63,180 bases of DNA from Candidatus Limnocylindria bacterium (GTDB lineage Bacteria; Chloroflexota; Limnocylindria; QHBO01). The stretch covers positions 1-63,180 of the forward strand of contig DASWIE010000059.1 of the NCBI GenBank assembly GCA_036397815.1. Direction: 5' to 3'. Below are positions 43,582 through 52,363 of the stretch, piece by piece. The notes under the pieces are model-generated. The model did not search any database and was not told the DNA's origin. It was given only the letters and a program-made list of their open reading frames with translations. The position numbers and the translations under genes were made by a program. The stretch's first letter is position 1. Each line of letters starts with the position of its first letter.

Positions 43582-44673
43582 CTACGCCACCTCGAGGTCG
43601 CCGCGACCCTCCAGTGCCCGCAGCCCGGTGATCAGCACCTTGCGGCGACGCTCGTCATCCACGATCTCCTGGGCATCGCGGACGAACTGCCCGCGTACGG
43701 TCATCTCCGACCCGATCGTCTCGATGTCATACGCGGGCCGCAGGTCACTCGTCCGGATGACGAGGCCGTCGAGATGCTCGCCAAGAGCGTTGAGCGAGCG
43801 GGTCTCGACCGGAAGCTCGGCCGGCACCTCGCCGGTCAGGGTGAGCCGGACCGACCCGGACAGCCCTACGATCGACATCGCGACCCGCTGGACGACGTCG
43901 TCGACGTGGTAGCAGCCATCGAGCGCAACCTGACGGTCGTGCACCTGGCTGACGGCCACGGAGCGACGGACCCTCGACACCGTGCCGTCATCCGCGACGG
44001 TGGTAAGGACCGCGCCCCGCCCATCGGTCTCGCCGAAGGACAGCGGATCGGGATTGCCGGGATAGGTATAGCGATCGCGGTCGCGAGCGACGTGATAATG
44101 ACCCAGGAACGCGTGCGCGATGCCGGCCGCCTCCAGCTCCGTGGCGTCGAATGGGGCGTGGAGCTCCTTGCCCGACTCCTGGAATGGGAGCGCGCTTCGC
44201 TCGGATGCGTGGGCCAGCGCAAGGTGGATGCCACCCCGATCTGGGCGAAAGTCGGCGAAGAACCCATCGGTGTTCGCCGGCGCGCGATGGGCGGCGCCCC
44301 ACAGCGTCAACCCATCAGCCAGCGGAATCGGCGTCAGGGTCGCCTCGGTGAAGACGTGGACGTTGGGGCTCCATTCGACCAACGCGTAGGGGCTCCGGGA
44401 CGAGTACCAGTCGTGGTTGCCGGCGGCGAGGTAGATCGGCCGATCGGTCCTCGCGAAGCTCTCGCGCAGGAAGGTGACCGTATCGGGCGTGAAGCGGTCA
44501 TGCTCGAAGAGGTCGCCGGCGCAGAGCACCGCGTCGACGTTCTCCTCATCGGCGAGGGCCAGGATCCGCGTCAGCGCCTCACGCCGGTTGCGGCGGCGCA
44601 GGCGCGCCGTCTCAGGTCGCGCCCAGGCAAACGGAGCGTCCAGGTGCAGGTCGGCGAAATGCAGGAACCGCAT
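43582..44673 (-). CDS. SbcD/Mre11/YhaO-like metallophosphoesterase nuclease
   Basis: ADLHLD, AGDLFE, AGNHD, AHAS and LGHYH. Confidence 0.92.
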   Translation of the reverse strand: MRFLHFADLHLDAPFAWARPETARLRRRNRREALTRILALADEENVDAVLCAGDLFEHDRFTPDTVTFLRESFARTDRPIYLAAGNHDWYSSRSPYALVEWSPNVHVFTEATLTPIPLADGLTLWGAAHRAPANTDGFFADFRPDRGGIHLALAHASERSALPFQESGKELHAPFDATELEAAGIAHAFLGHYHVARDRDRYTYPGNPDPLSFGETDGRGAVLTTVADDGTVSRVRRSVAVSQVHDRQVALDGCYHVDDVVQRVAMSIVGLSGSVRLTLTGEVPAELPVETRSLNALGEHLDGLVIRTSDLRPAYDIETIGSEMTVRGQFVRDAQEIVDDERRRKVLITGLRALEGRGDLEVA

Positions 44674-44694
44674 GCTGAGCAGCAGCGTAGCGAG

Positions 44695-44721
44695 GTTCGT
44701 GACAGCTAGACCGTCACGAAC
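44695..44721. promoter_or_regulatory. Perfect inverted repeat over the sbcD-like promoter (putative operator)
   Basis: GTTCGTGAC-N9-GTCACGAAC; minus-strand -10 TACGCT at 44684-44689. Confidence 0.55.
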
Positions 44722-44724
44722 GAC

Positions 44725-44747
44725 CGCCGGCGGAAGGCCCGCCGGCG
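44725..44747 (-). terminator. Terminator-like hairpin after the small membrane protein genes
   Basis: Stem CGCCGGCGG/CCGCCGGCG with a 5-nt loop, followed on the minus strand by TCGTT. Confidence 0.5.
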
Positions 44748-44776
44748 ATCGGGACGCGAGTTGGAGCGCAGCGGCG

Positions 44777-44929
44777 CTAGACCGCCGTTCGGCGTCCGGT
44801 CAGCAGGTTGTAGACGAGGACGATCAACGCGATCACCAACAGCAGGTGGATAAGCCCACCGGCGGTAAAGCTGGTGATGACGCCCAGCAACCACAGGATC
44901 GCCAGGATCACGATCAGCGTCCACAGCAT
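44777..44929 (-). CDS. lmo0937/DUF5670-family small membrane protein (50 aa)
   Basis: My translation is MLWTLIVILAILWLLGVITSFTAGGLIHLLLVIALIVLVYNLLTGRRTAV; GGAGG SD. Not in the ORF track. Confidence 0.88.
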   Translation of the reverse strand: MLWTLIVILAILWLLGVITSFTAGGLIHLLLVIALIVLVYNLLTGRRTAV

Positions 44930-44992
44930 GGTGTAGCACCTCCTGATCCGAACACGCTGAGCAAGTCGCGTGCCGTGATTGGGGTGCTGGCG

Positions 44993-45139
44993 CTATTCGG
45001 CGGCCTCGCGCTCGTTGAGCAGCTGCACCACCAGGAGCACGGCCGCAAGCACGAGCAGCAGGTTCACGAGCGGGCCCCAGGCCAGGAGAAGGCCGGCAAA
45101 CCAGAGGACCAGCACGATCGCGACGGCGGTCCAGATCAT
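44993..45139 (-). CDS. Divergent DUF5670-like small membrane protein (48 aa)
   Basis: My translation is MIWTAVAIVLVLWFAGLLLAWGPLVNLLLVLAAVLLVVQLLNEREAAE. Not in the ORF track. Confidence 0.7.
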   Translation of the reverse strand: MIWTAVAIVLVLWFAGLLLAWGPLVNLLLVLAAVLLVVQLLNEREAAE

Positions 45140-45173
45140 CGGGTCGGCTCGCGCTGAAGGGCCGGGTGGCGGC

Positions 45174-45638
45174 TCATGCGGCCAGGGCCTCCATCAGCAG
45201 GTCGACGTGGTCGGCGGGCTTCACGCGGGGAAGGACGTGTTCCACACGACCATCGGGCCCGACGATGAACGAGGTGCGTTCGACCCCCATGTAGGTCTTG
45301 CCCATCATGGACTTCTCGACCCACACGCCGTAGGCATCGGCAATCTGATGGCCATCGTCCGCGAGGAGGCGGTAGGGCAGGTCGTACTTGGCGCGAAACC
45401 TGGCATGGCTCTTCACCGAATCGGGCGACACGCCGAAGACCTCGATGCCGGTGCCGGTCACGCGGCGGAAGTTGTCGCGCAGGCTGCAGGCCTGGGTGGT
45501 GCAGCCCGAGGTGTCGTCCTTCGGGTAGAAGTAGATGACGTAGCGCTTCCCAAGCAGGCCCTCGTTGGAAACGACCTCGCCGTCATCGGCCGACAGGCTG
45601 AAGGAGGGCGCCCGGTCTCCGGGGTGCGGTCGGTTCAT
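45174..45638 (-). CDS. bcp: Peroxiredoxin Bcp/PrxQ
   Basis: YFYPKDDTSGCTTQAC, GVSPD and LLADD; TACGAT-N6-ATG. Confidence 0.95.
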   Translation of the reverse strand: MNRPHPGDRAPSFSLSADDGEVVSNEGLLGKRYVIYFYPKDDTSGCTTQACSLRDNFRRVTGTGIEVFGVSPDSVKSHARFRAKYDLPYRLLADDGHQIADAYGVWVEKSMMGKTYMGVERTSFIVGPDGRVEHVLPRVKPADHVDLLMEALAA

Positions 45639-45652
45639 GGTCGAATCGTAGC

Positions 45653-46624
45653 CTAGCCCATCCCCTCGATCGCGACCAGCACGGGCGGCAGGTCGCGTGG
45701 AAGGAGGCGGGCGGCCAGGTCATCTGCCAGCTCGCCGATGATTGCGACGCTCGCCTCGGCCAGTTCGTGCCCGGCCGCTGCCACGACCCGTCGGCTCGGC
45801 CGGTTCCCGCCCTCCGTCAGAGCGACGGCCAGCAGGTCCGACTCGTCGGGGTCGCTCCAACGGTCATCCGCCCCATGCACCAGGGTCACGGACCGATGGA
45901 GCATGGTCGCCAGCGCGAGGCCGGGCGTCTGAATGGCCTGCTCGACGCCCGCCAGCTCGAGCCGCACCGCCTCGCCGCCAGGCAGCGGCAGCTCGAAGGC
46001 AGCCTCTCGACGCTGGGCACGCTCGATGATGTCCTCGCTCCAGCGGTCGAGCGCGGCCACGATCGCGTGGTCGCGATTGGTCCCGGTTCGGGCCCGTTCG
46101 GCGACGCCGCGGCGCAGCACGTCACGGAAGGAGCGTGCAGCGGGACCGATCAGGGTCAAGGCACCGACCGCCGGGTCCCCGACGGCGACGGCCAGCGCGA
46201 TGGTGGCGCCCTCGCCGTGCCCGACGATGCCGGTCCGCCGCAGGTCGAGCGCGCCGTGCGACCGCATCGCCGCCAGCATGTCGCGCGCGTCGTCGATCTT
46301 GGTGAAGAGCTGCACCGACTCCCAGGCGCCGGCTGAGCCTCCGCAGCCGCGCGGGTCGCAGCGCAACGAGGCGACGCCCCGTTCCGCGAGCGCATCGGCC
46401 AGTCGCGCGAGGAGGCCGGGCGCCGGCTCGTTGGGCGCGTACCAGCTCGGGTGACCGATTCGATCCCATGCCCCGCTTCGGTCGCGCGGCAGCCAGGAGG
46501 GGAGCAGCAGGGCGTTCGGGTATCGGCCGGCCGGATCGGCCGCTGGCGGACCATCCGGCAGCGCCAGCGTGCCGGCCAGCGATACGTCGCCGGCCCGTAC
46601 GCTCAGCTCTTCGGATCGGGCCAT
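45653..46624 (-). CDS. Alpha/beta hydrolase-fold protein lacking the nucleophile Ser
   Basis: LAGTL, RCDPRGCGGS, GIVGHGEG (GHSEG expected), VHGADD and AGHEL. Confidence 0.75.
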   Translation of the reverse strand: MARSEELSVRAGDVSLAGTLALPDGPPAADPAGRYPNALLLPSWLPRDRSGAWDRIGHPSWYAPNEPAPGLLARLADALAERGVASLRCDPRGCGGSAGAWESVQLFTKIDDARDMLAAMRSHGALDLRRTGIVGHGEGATIALAVAVGDPAVGALTLIGPAARSFRDVLRRGVAERARTGTNRDHAIVAALDRWSEDIIERAQRREAAFELPLPGGEAVRLELAGVEQAIQTPGLALATMLHRSVTLVHGADDRWSDPDESDLLAVALTEGGNRPSRRVVAAAGHELAEASVAIIGELADDLAARLLPRDLPPVLVAIEGMG

Positions 46625-46632
46625 CGCACCGG

Positions 46633-48234
46633 TTACGACCCGGAGCGAGCGAGGGCGGCGGCTCGGTCGTGAAGGATCTGTCCGGCGGCGAGGCGCCCGG
46701 GCGCACCCATGACGCAGCCTCCCGGATGGGTGCCCGAGCCGCACTGGTAGTAGCCATCCAGCGGCGTGCGGTATTGCGACCAGCCCGGTGCAGGCCGGAA
46801 GAAGAACATCTGGGGCGCCAGGAGCTCGCCGGCGAAGATGTTCCCCTCGCTCATGCCCACCGTGCGCTCGATGTCGAGGGGCGTCTGCACCTCTCGCTGC
46901 AGCACGAGCTCGCCGAAGCCGGGAAAGTAGCGCTCAAGGGTCGCCTGCACCACGTCGGCCATCGGCTCCCGCTCGGCGTCCCAGTCGCTGTCGCGGAGCC
47001 GGTACGGCGTGTACTGCACGAAGCAGGAGAGCACGTGCTTGCCCGGCGGCGCCATGTCGGGATCGATCGTCGACTGGATGGCGCAGTCGATGTACGGGTG
47101 CTCGCTGTACCAGCCGTACTTGGACGTGTCGAAGGCACGCTCGAGGTAGTCGATCGACGGACCGATGTTCGTGAAGCCGCGGTAGATGTCGGCCCGATCG
47201 CCGAGCGCCGGGTAGCGTGGCAACCCGTCGAGCGCGAAGTTGACCTTCGAGGCGACCCCCCGGAACTTGATGCGCCGCACGTCCTCCACCAGGTCATCGG
47301 GCAGCTCTCTCGGATCCACCAGCTCCAGGAACGTGCGCCGAGCGTCGAGCGCGCTCACCACGACGTCGGCGTTGATCTCGTTGCCGTCGCGCAGTGCAAC
47401 CCCGGTCGCGCGGCCGTCCCGGGTCAGGACCCGCTCGACGCCGGCATCGGTGCGGATCTCGGCCCCGAACGCCCGGGCGGCGCGGGCGAGCACCTGGGTG
47501 AATCCGCCGTTCCCACCCTTGTGGAACGCCCACGTGCCGAACTCGCCGTCATGCTCGCCAAGCGAGTGGAAGAGGAGCACGAGGCCGGACCCCTGCGAGC
47601 GTGGCCCCACGTTGGAGCCGATGATCGCGGACGAGCCCAGGTATCCCTTGAGGATCTCGGACTCGAAGTAGTCGTCCAGGAAGTCGGCGATGCTGCCGGT
47701 CAGCAGCCGGACGGCGTTGTGCAGCGTTCGCTTGTCGAGGCTGCGCAGCTGCGAGCCGAGCGCGGCCAGCGCCACCAGCTCCTCCGGATCGTCGCTGAAG
47801 ATGTCGGGCGGCACCATGTCCAACAGGGGCTTGATGGCCTGGCAGACGCGATCGAGGTCGTGGCTGTACTGCTCGTACGCGTCGGCGTCGTGCGGCGAGT
47901 GGCGGGCGATCTCGCGCAGGTTCTCGTCATGGTTCCGGGAGAAGAGCAGGTAGTCCCCGTCGTCCATCGGCGCAAAGCGGGTGGACATCAGCAGTGGCAG
48001 GAAGCCGTGTCTCGTGAGCTCGAGCTCCTGGATGATCTGCGGCCGCAGCAGGGAGAGCGCGTAGCTGAAGGTCGTGAACGAGAAGCCGGGGCGCAGCTCC
48101 TCGGTGATCGCAGCGCCACCGACCAGGTGGCGCTGCTCGAGGACCAGGGTCTTCATCCCGCCGCGGGCCAGGTAGGCGCCGTTCACCAGCCCGTTGTGGC
48201 CGCCGCCAATCACGATCGCGTCGTATCGGTCCAT
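46633..48234 (-). CDS. Phytoene-desaturase-family (PYROXD2-like) FAD oxidoreductase
   Basis: IGGGHNGL, FTTFSYALSLLRP, GGNGGF, TPLDIE..VGMSEGNIF and CGSGTHPGGCVMGAPG. Confidence 0.88.
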   Translation of the reverse strand: MDRYDAIVIGGGHNGLVNGAYLARGGMKTLVLEQRHLVGGAAITEELRPGFSFTTFSYALSLLRPQIIQELELTRHGFLPLLMSTRFAPMDDGDYLLFSRNHDENLREIARHSPHDADAYEQYSHDLDRVCQAIKPLLDMVPPDIFSDDPEELVALAALGSQLRSLDKRTLHNAVRLLTGSIADFLDDYFESEILKGYLGSSAIIGSNVGPRSQGSGLVLLFHSLGEHDGEFGTWAFHKGGNGGFTQVLARAARAFGAEIRTDAGVERVLTRDGRATGVALRDGNEINADVVVSALDARRTFLELVDPRELPDDLVEDVRRIKFRGVASKVNFALDGLPRYPALGDRADIYRGFTNIGPSIDYLERAFDTSKYGWYSEHPYIDCAIQSTIDPDMAPPGKHVLSCFVQYTPYRLRDSDWDAEREPMADVVQATLERYFPGFGELVLQREVQTPLDIERTVGMSEGNIFAGELLAPQMFFFRPAPGWSQYRTPLDGYYQCGSGTHPGGCVMGAPGRLAAGQILHDRAAALARSGS

Positions 48235-49434
48235 TCAGGCCGTCTTTCGCTCCGGGTTGTAGAGGGGCAGCCGAGCGACGTGCGCCGCCACCTGCTCGTA
48301 ATGATGGTCCACCGTGAACTCCAGTGAGAGTCTCGTTCCGGGCTTCGCCAGATCAGGGCGGACCCTCGCCAGGGCGATATGCTGCTGCAGGATGGGCGAG
48401 TACATGAAGCTGGTGGCGTAGCCCACCCGGGCGCGCTCGGCGTCGTAGACCATCCAGTCCTCGTGGACCGGCGCGTGCTCCTTGGGCGGGATGAGGCCGG
48501 CCCGCGTGTAGACCCGATCGTAATCCTGCCAGTCGACCACCAGCCCCACCATACGCCAGCGCGAGGTCTTCTCGGCCCGTTCGCGCTCGAGCGCGCGGCG
48601 GCCGATGAATGGGCGGTCGTCGTTTTCGAGCCCCTTGAACATCCACGCCCAACCGAGCTCCAGCGGCGTGGACCGATGCGCGTCGTTGAACGCAAAGCGG
48701 CTCGAGTCGAAATCGACCGCCAGCAGCAGCAGGCCGGCCTCGATGCGCAGCATGTAGAGGGAGGCCAGCCCGTAGGGCAGCACGCCGTGGCCGTCGACCG
48801 CGTCCCACAGCGCGTCCCACACGGCGAGCGCGTCCGGCGTCTCGACCCAGACTTCGTAGCCCAGGTCCCCGGTATAGCCGGTCCTCGAGACGGTCACCGG
48901 CCGGCCACCGATGGTGCCCGTGGTGAGGCCGAAGAACGGGAGGTCGGCAACCGCGGGAACCAATCGGGCGAGCAGGTCGCGGGAGCGCGGGCCCTGGATC
49001 GCCAGCGCGCCGACGTCCAGGCTCACCTCCTCCAACGTCACCGCCAGGCGACCGACGCGGTCCGCGAACCAGGCGTAGTTCGGCTCCGCTGACGTGAGCA
49101 GGAACTCGTCGGCACCTCGATGCTGGATGACGCCGTCCTCCATCACGAATCCGCGGTCATCCAGCCAGGTGGTGTAGTGGGCATGCCCGGGCGGGCAGGC
49201 TCGGATGTCGCGGGCCAGCATGCCGGAGAGGAAGCGCTCGCTGTCGCGACCGGCGATCCGGTACTTGTAGAGCGGTGAGGTGTCGAAGATGCCCGCGGCG
49301 TTCCGCACGGCAAAGTACTCGAACTTGTCCGAGACCTGGTAGCGGTTGGCAGCCAGATGGCCGGACCAGTGCTGCCAGAGCCCGGTCTCGTTGAGCGCGC
49401 TGGTGCGTTCGTGGAACGGCGTCGTGCGGATCAT
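48235..49434 (-). CDS. GcvT-family aminomethyltransferase-like (folate-binding) protein
   Basis: RTTPFH, GIFDTSPL, AIQGPRS, SRTGYTGDLGYE, LRIEAG and YSPIL. Confidence 0.9.
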   Translation of the reverse strand: MIRTTPFHERTSALNETGLWQHWSGHLAANRYQVSDKFEYFAVRNAAGIFDTSPLYKYRIAGRDSERFLSGMLARDIRACPPGHAHYTTWLDDRGFVMEDGVIQHRGADEFLLTSAEPNYAWFADRVGRLAVTLEEVSLDVGALAIQGPRSRDLLARLVPAVADLPFFGLTTGTIGGRPVTVSRTGYTGDLGYEVWVETPDALAVWDALWDAVDGHGVLPYGLASLYMLRIEAGLLLLAVDFDSSRFAFNDAHRSTPLELGWAWMFKGLENDDRPFIGRRALERERAEKTSRWRMVGLVVDWQDYDRVYTRAGLIPPKEHAPVHEDWMVYDAERARVGYATSFMYSPILQQHIALARVRPDLAKPGTRLSLEFTVDHHYEQVAAHVARLPLYNPERKTA

Positions 49435-49453
49435 CGGTCGCCGAGCATACCGG

Positions 49454-50257
49454 CTAGCCCAGCAGGAAGCGCCACGTCCCGACCGCGAGGCTGGTGCCCA
49501 CCGCGATCGCCGCCAGGCCGGCGGCGAGCCCCAGCAGGATCCAGTCACTGCCGCGCATGCGCTGCGGCCGGGCGACGGTGCGGCACGGCCGCGAGCCGAA
49601 GCCGCGCGCCTCCATGGCCGTGGCCAATCGCGTGGCGCGCCGGACCGCGCCGATCAGCAGGGACAGCAGCTGACCGAAGAAGAGCCGCAGCGCGGCCAGG
49701 GGCGAGCGGCCGCTCGAGACGCCGCGGGCGCGGCGCGCGAGAGCCAGGGTCTGCCATTCAGCAGCCAGCATCGGCAGCAGGCGAGCCCCGGCCAGCGCCC
49801 CGACAGCGAACCGAGGGGAGAAGCGCAGCTGCTGGACGAGCGCATCGGCCAGCGCAGTCGGATCGGTCGTGACCAGCGCTATGACACCGGACAGGGCGAT
49901 GGCCAGGAGGCGCAGCCCGAGGCCGATACCGGCCACCAGGTTCTGGCCGCTGATCGCCACCGGCCCGATGGCGACCGCCATCTCGCCGCCCCGATCCGCG
50001 GCGAACGCCGCGTTCAGCAACCCGACCGCGATCGCGGCCACCAGGACCGGCCAGGTTCGCCCGAGCAGGTCGCGCGGCGAGAGGCCGGTGAAGGGGACGG
50101 CGCTGATCACGCCGGCCAGCACGATGGCGGGGGTCACTGGGTCGAGCGAGACGAATACGACCGCCATCAGCAGCGCGGCGGCCCCCAGCTTGGCCACCGG
50201 GTTGGCGCCAGCCAGCGCAGCGCGCGGGTCCGGGCGAAGCGGCGTAAAGAGCCTCAC
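49454..50257 (-). CDS. ykoC: ECF transporter transmembrane component (YkoC-like)
   Basis: NPVAKL, LARRARG and AMEARGF. Confidence 0.88.
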   Translation of the reverse strand: MRLFTPLRPDPRAALAGANPVAKLGAAALLMAVVFVSLDPVTPAIVLAGVISAVPFTGLSPRDLLGRTWPVLVAAIAVGLLNAAFAADRGGEMAVAIGPVAISGQNLVAGIGLGLRLLAIALSGVIALVTTDPTALADALVQQLRFSPRFAVGALAGARLLPMLAAEWQTLALARRARGVSSGRSPLAALRLFFGQLLSLLIGAVRRATRLATAMEARGFGSRPCRTVARPQRMRGSDWILLGLAAGLAAIAVGTSLAVGTWRFLLG

Positions 50258-50267
50258 CGGGCCGGCC

Positions 50268-51761
50268 TCACGACGCCGCGCTCCTCGGCGGTCCCGCGAG
50301 CCGCAGGCGGCGATCGGCCAGCGCGGTGGCGAAGTCCCGATCGTGGGTCACGAAGCAGACGGCACGCCCGGCGTCGCGCAGGCCGGCCAGCAGCTCCAAC
50401 AGCTGGATCGCAGTCCGGCGGTCCTGCCCGAAGGTCGGCTCGTCCAGGATCAGGACCGATGGCGCCGTCGCCAGTGCGCTGGCGACCGAGAGGCGGCGTT
50501 GCTCGCCACCGGACAGGGTGAACGGGTTGGCATCGGCCAGGTGGACGAGATGCAGCCTGGCGAGCAGCTCGTCCGCGCGTCGGTTTGCGGCGCGCCGGTC
50601 GAGGCCGGCGTGCATCGGTCCAAGCGTCAGCTCGTCGTGCACGCGCCCGGTGAGGAACTGGTGCTCGGGGTCCTGGAAGACAGTCCCGATGCGCGTCACC
50701 AGCTCGCGGGCCGACCAGCGCCAGATGGGGTCGTGCCCCCGCCCGCGAGCGAGCGCCTCCCCCGCGACCACCACCCCGGAGGTCGGGCGAAGCAGGCCGG
50801 CCAGCAGCAGCGCCAGGGTCGACTTGCCGCTCCCGTTCGGCCCGGTGATCGCCAGCGCCTCGGCAGAGCGGACCTGCACGTCGACGCGCGCGAGGGCCGG
50901 GCTCGCCGACCCCGGATAGCGAAAGCCCGCCTGCTCGGCCAGGAGCAGCGTCTCGGACGCGCGCCGCAGGCGCTCACGTGGCGCGGGCAGCCGCCGATCC
51001 GGGACCCAGACGCCGGCCTCGGCAAGCTGGTCGCCGTAGCGCGCGAAGACCTCCCGCGGCGGCCCGTCGGCGATCACGCCGCCCCCCGCCTGCAGCGCGA
51101 TGACGCGGCTCACCAGGGGCAGTGCCTCGGCCACCCGATGCTCGACCAGCACCATCGTCAGGCCGAGCCGATCGAGGACCTGGGCGAGCACCTCCCGGAC
51201 CTGCGCTCCACCCTCGTTGTCGAGGTTCGAGGTCGGCTCGTCGAGGAGCAGCAACGACGGGCGCAGGGCGAGCACGCCGGCCAGCGCCAGGCGCTGCTGC
51301 TCGCCCCCGGACAGCGCGTCGGTCGGCCGCCCGCGGCCGTACGGGAAGCCAACCGCCTCCAGCGCCGCGTCCACTCGCGGCCAGATCGCCTCGGTCGGAA
51401 GGCAGCGGTTCTCGAGCCCGAACGCCACGTCGTCTCCGGCGCGGGCCATCGCGATCTGCGACTCGGGGTCCTGGAAGACGATCCCGATCCGATCGCGCGC
51501 GGCCCTGGGATCCAGGCCGTCCACGCGCAGCTGACCGTCCTGCTCACCGCCGGCACCCGCCTCCAGCAGCCCGGCGACGGCCCTAAGCAGGGTCGACTTG
51601 CCGGCGCCCGATGGTCCGACCAGCAGCACGCGCTCGCCCGGCTCAATGCGCAGGTCGACGCCGCGCAGCGCCCACGCATCCCGGCCAGCGTGGCGCCAGC
51701 CCCAGCCGCGCGCCTCGACCGCCGCCGGGCGTGGCGGCGCAGAGGGAGCTCGGCTGGTCAT
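50268..51761 (-). CDS. ykoD: ECF transporter double ATPase (YkoD-like)
   Basis: Two ABC domains: GPSGAGKST/LSGGEQQR/DEP and GPNGSGKST/LSGGEQRR/DEPTFGQD. Confidence 0.9.
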   Translation of the reverse strand: MTSRAPSAPPRPAAVEARGWGWRHAGRDAWALRGVDLRIEPGERVLLVGPSGAGKSTLLRAVAGLLEAGAGGEQDGQLRVDGLDPRAARDRIGIVFQDPESQIAMARAGDDVAFGLENRCLPTEAIWPRVDAALEAVGFPYGRGRPTDALSGGEQQRLALAGVLALRPSLLLLDEPTSNLDNEGGAQVREVLAQVLDRLGLTMVLVEHRVAEALPLVSRVIALQAGGGVIADGPPREVFARYGDQLAEAGVWVPDRRLPAPRERLRRASETLLLAEQAGFRYPGSASPALARVDVQVRSAEALAITGPNGSGKSTLALLLAGLLRPTSGVVVAGEALARGRGHDPIWRWSARELVTRIGTVFQDPEHQFLTGRVHDELTLGPMHAGLDRRAANRRADELLARLHLVHLADANPFTLSGGEQRRLSVASALATAPSVLILDEPTFGQDRRTAIQLLELLAGLRDAGRAVCFVTHDRDFATALADRRLRLAGPPRSAAS

Positions 51762-51775
51762 CGCCCGAGGGTACG

Positions 51776-52363
51776 TCAGACGCGAGGCTGTGATCGCCCC
51801 GACGGAAACGGAGCCAGCACTCCGGACCGCACCATCGCTCGCGCCAGCAGCCACGACCCCAGCCCGGCGATCAGCACGCCGCTGACGAGCATGAAGGCGC
51901 CGTAGGCGAGCTGCAACTCGAGAGCGGTCTGCGGGTAGTAGATCGTCATGTCGTGCAGCCACTCGCCGACCGCGGCCCCCGCTCCCGCCAGCAGCGCGGC
52001 AAGAAGGCCGAACGAGCGGTAGAAGGTGAGCGCGAAGACCAGCTCCGCGCCGGCGCCCTGCATGATCCCCGACGCCACGGTGTCGAGCCCCCAGGCCGAA
52101 CCGAGCAGGGCGGAGACGGTCGCGGCCAGGGCCTCAGCGAACAGCGCAGCGCCGGGCTTCTGGATCACGAGCGCGGCCAGCACCGCAGGCGCCAGCCAGA
52201 CCCCCGAGACGAGGTAGGCCAGCGGATTCACCGCCCCCACGAAGAGGGGTAACCAGACCAAGCCCCACTGCCAGAAGACGACGCCGAAGGCGACGCCAAG
52301 GACCGATGTAACGATGATGTCGACGACGCGCCACCCGCCTGGGGTGGCTGGTGCGGTGGTCAA
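51776..52363 (-). CDS. ykoE: ECF transporter S component for thiamine/HMP (YkoE-like)
   Basis: WRVVDIIV, QKPGAALFAE and QGAGAELVF; TTGA overlap with thiN; downstream of a TPP riboswitch. Confidence 0.88.
   Translation of the reverse strand: MTTAPATPGGWRVVDIIVTSVLGVAFGVVFWQWGLVWLPLFVGAVNPLAYLVSGVWLAPAVLAALVIQKPGAALFAEALAATVSALLGSAWGLDTVASGIMQGAGAELVFALTFYRSFGLLAALLAGAGAAVGEWLHDMTIYYPQTALELQLAYGAFMLVSGVLIAGLGSWLLARAMVRSGVLAPFPSGRSQPRV

Noticed and set aside
41040-44673. Wadjet-, Lamassu- or other SMC-type defence system
   Set aside because: It is only a two-gene Mre11-like plus SMC-like pair, with no kleisin/KITE or effector genes. This fits SbcCD/YhaON repair.
44695-44721. LexA (GAAC-N4-GTTC) SOS box
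   Set aside because: The half-sites are in the opposite order and 19 nt apart.
46633-48234. Carotenoid biosynthesis (crtI)
   Set aside because: No crtB/crtE nearby; the motifs and GcvT partner fit the non-carotenoid PYROXD2-like subgroup.
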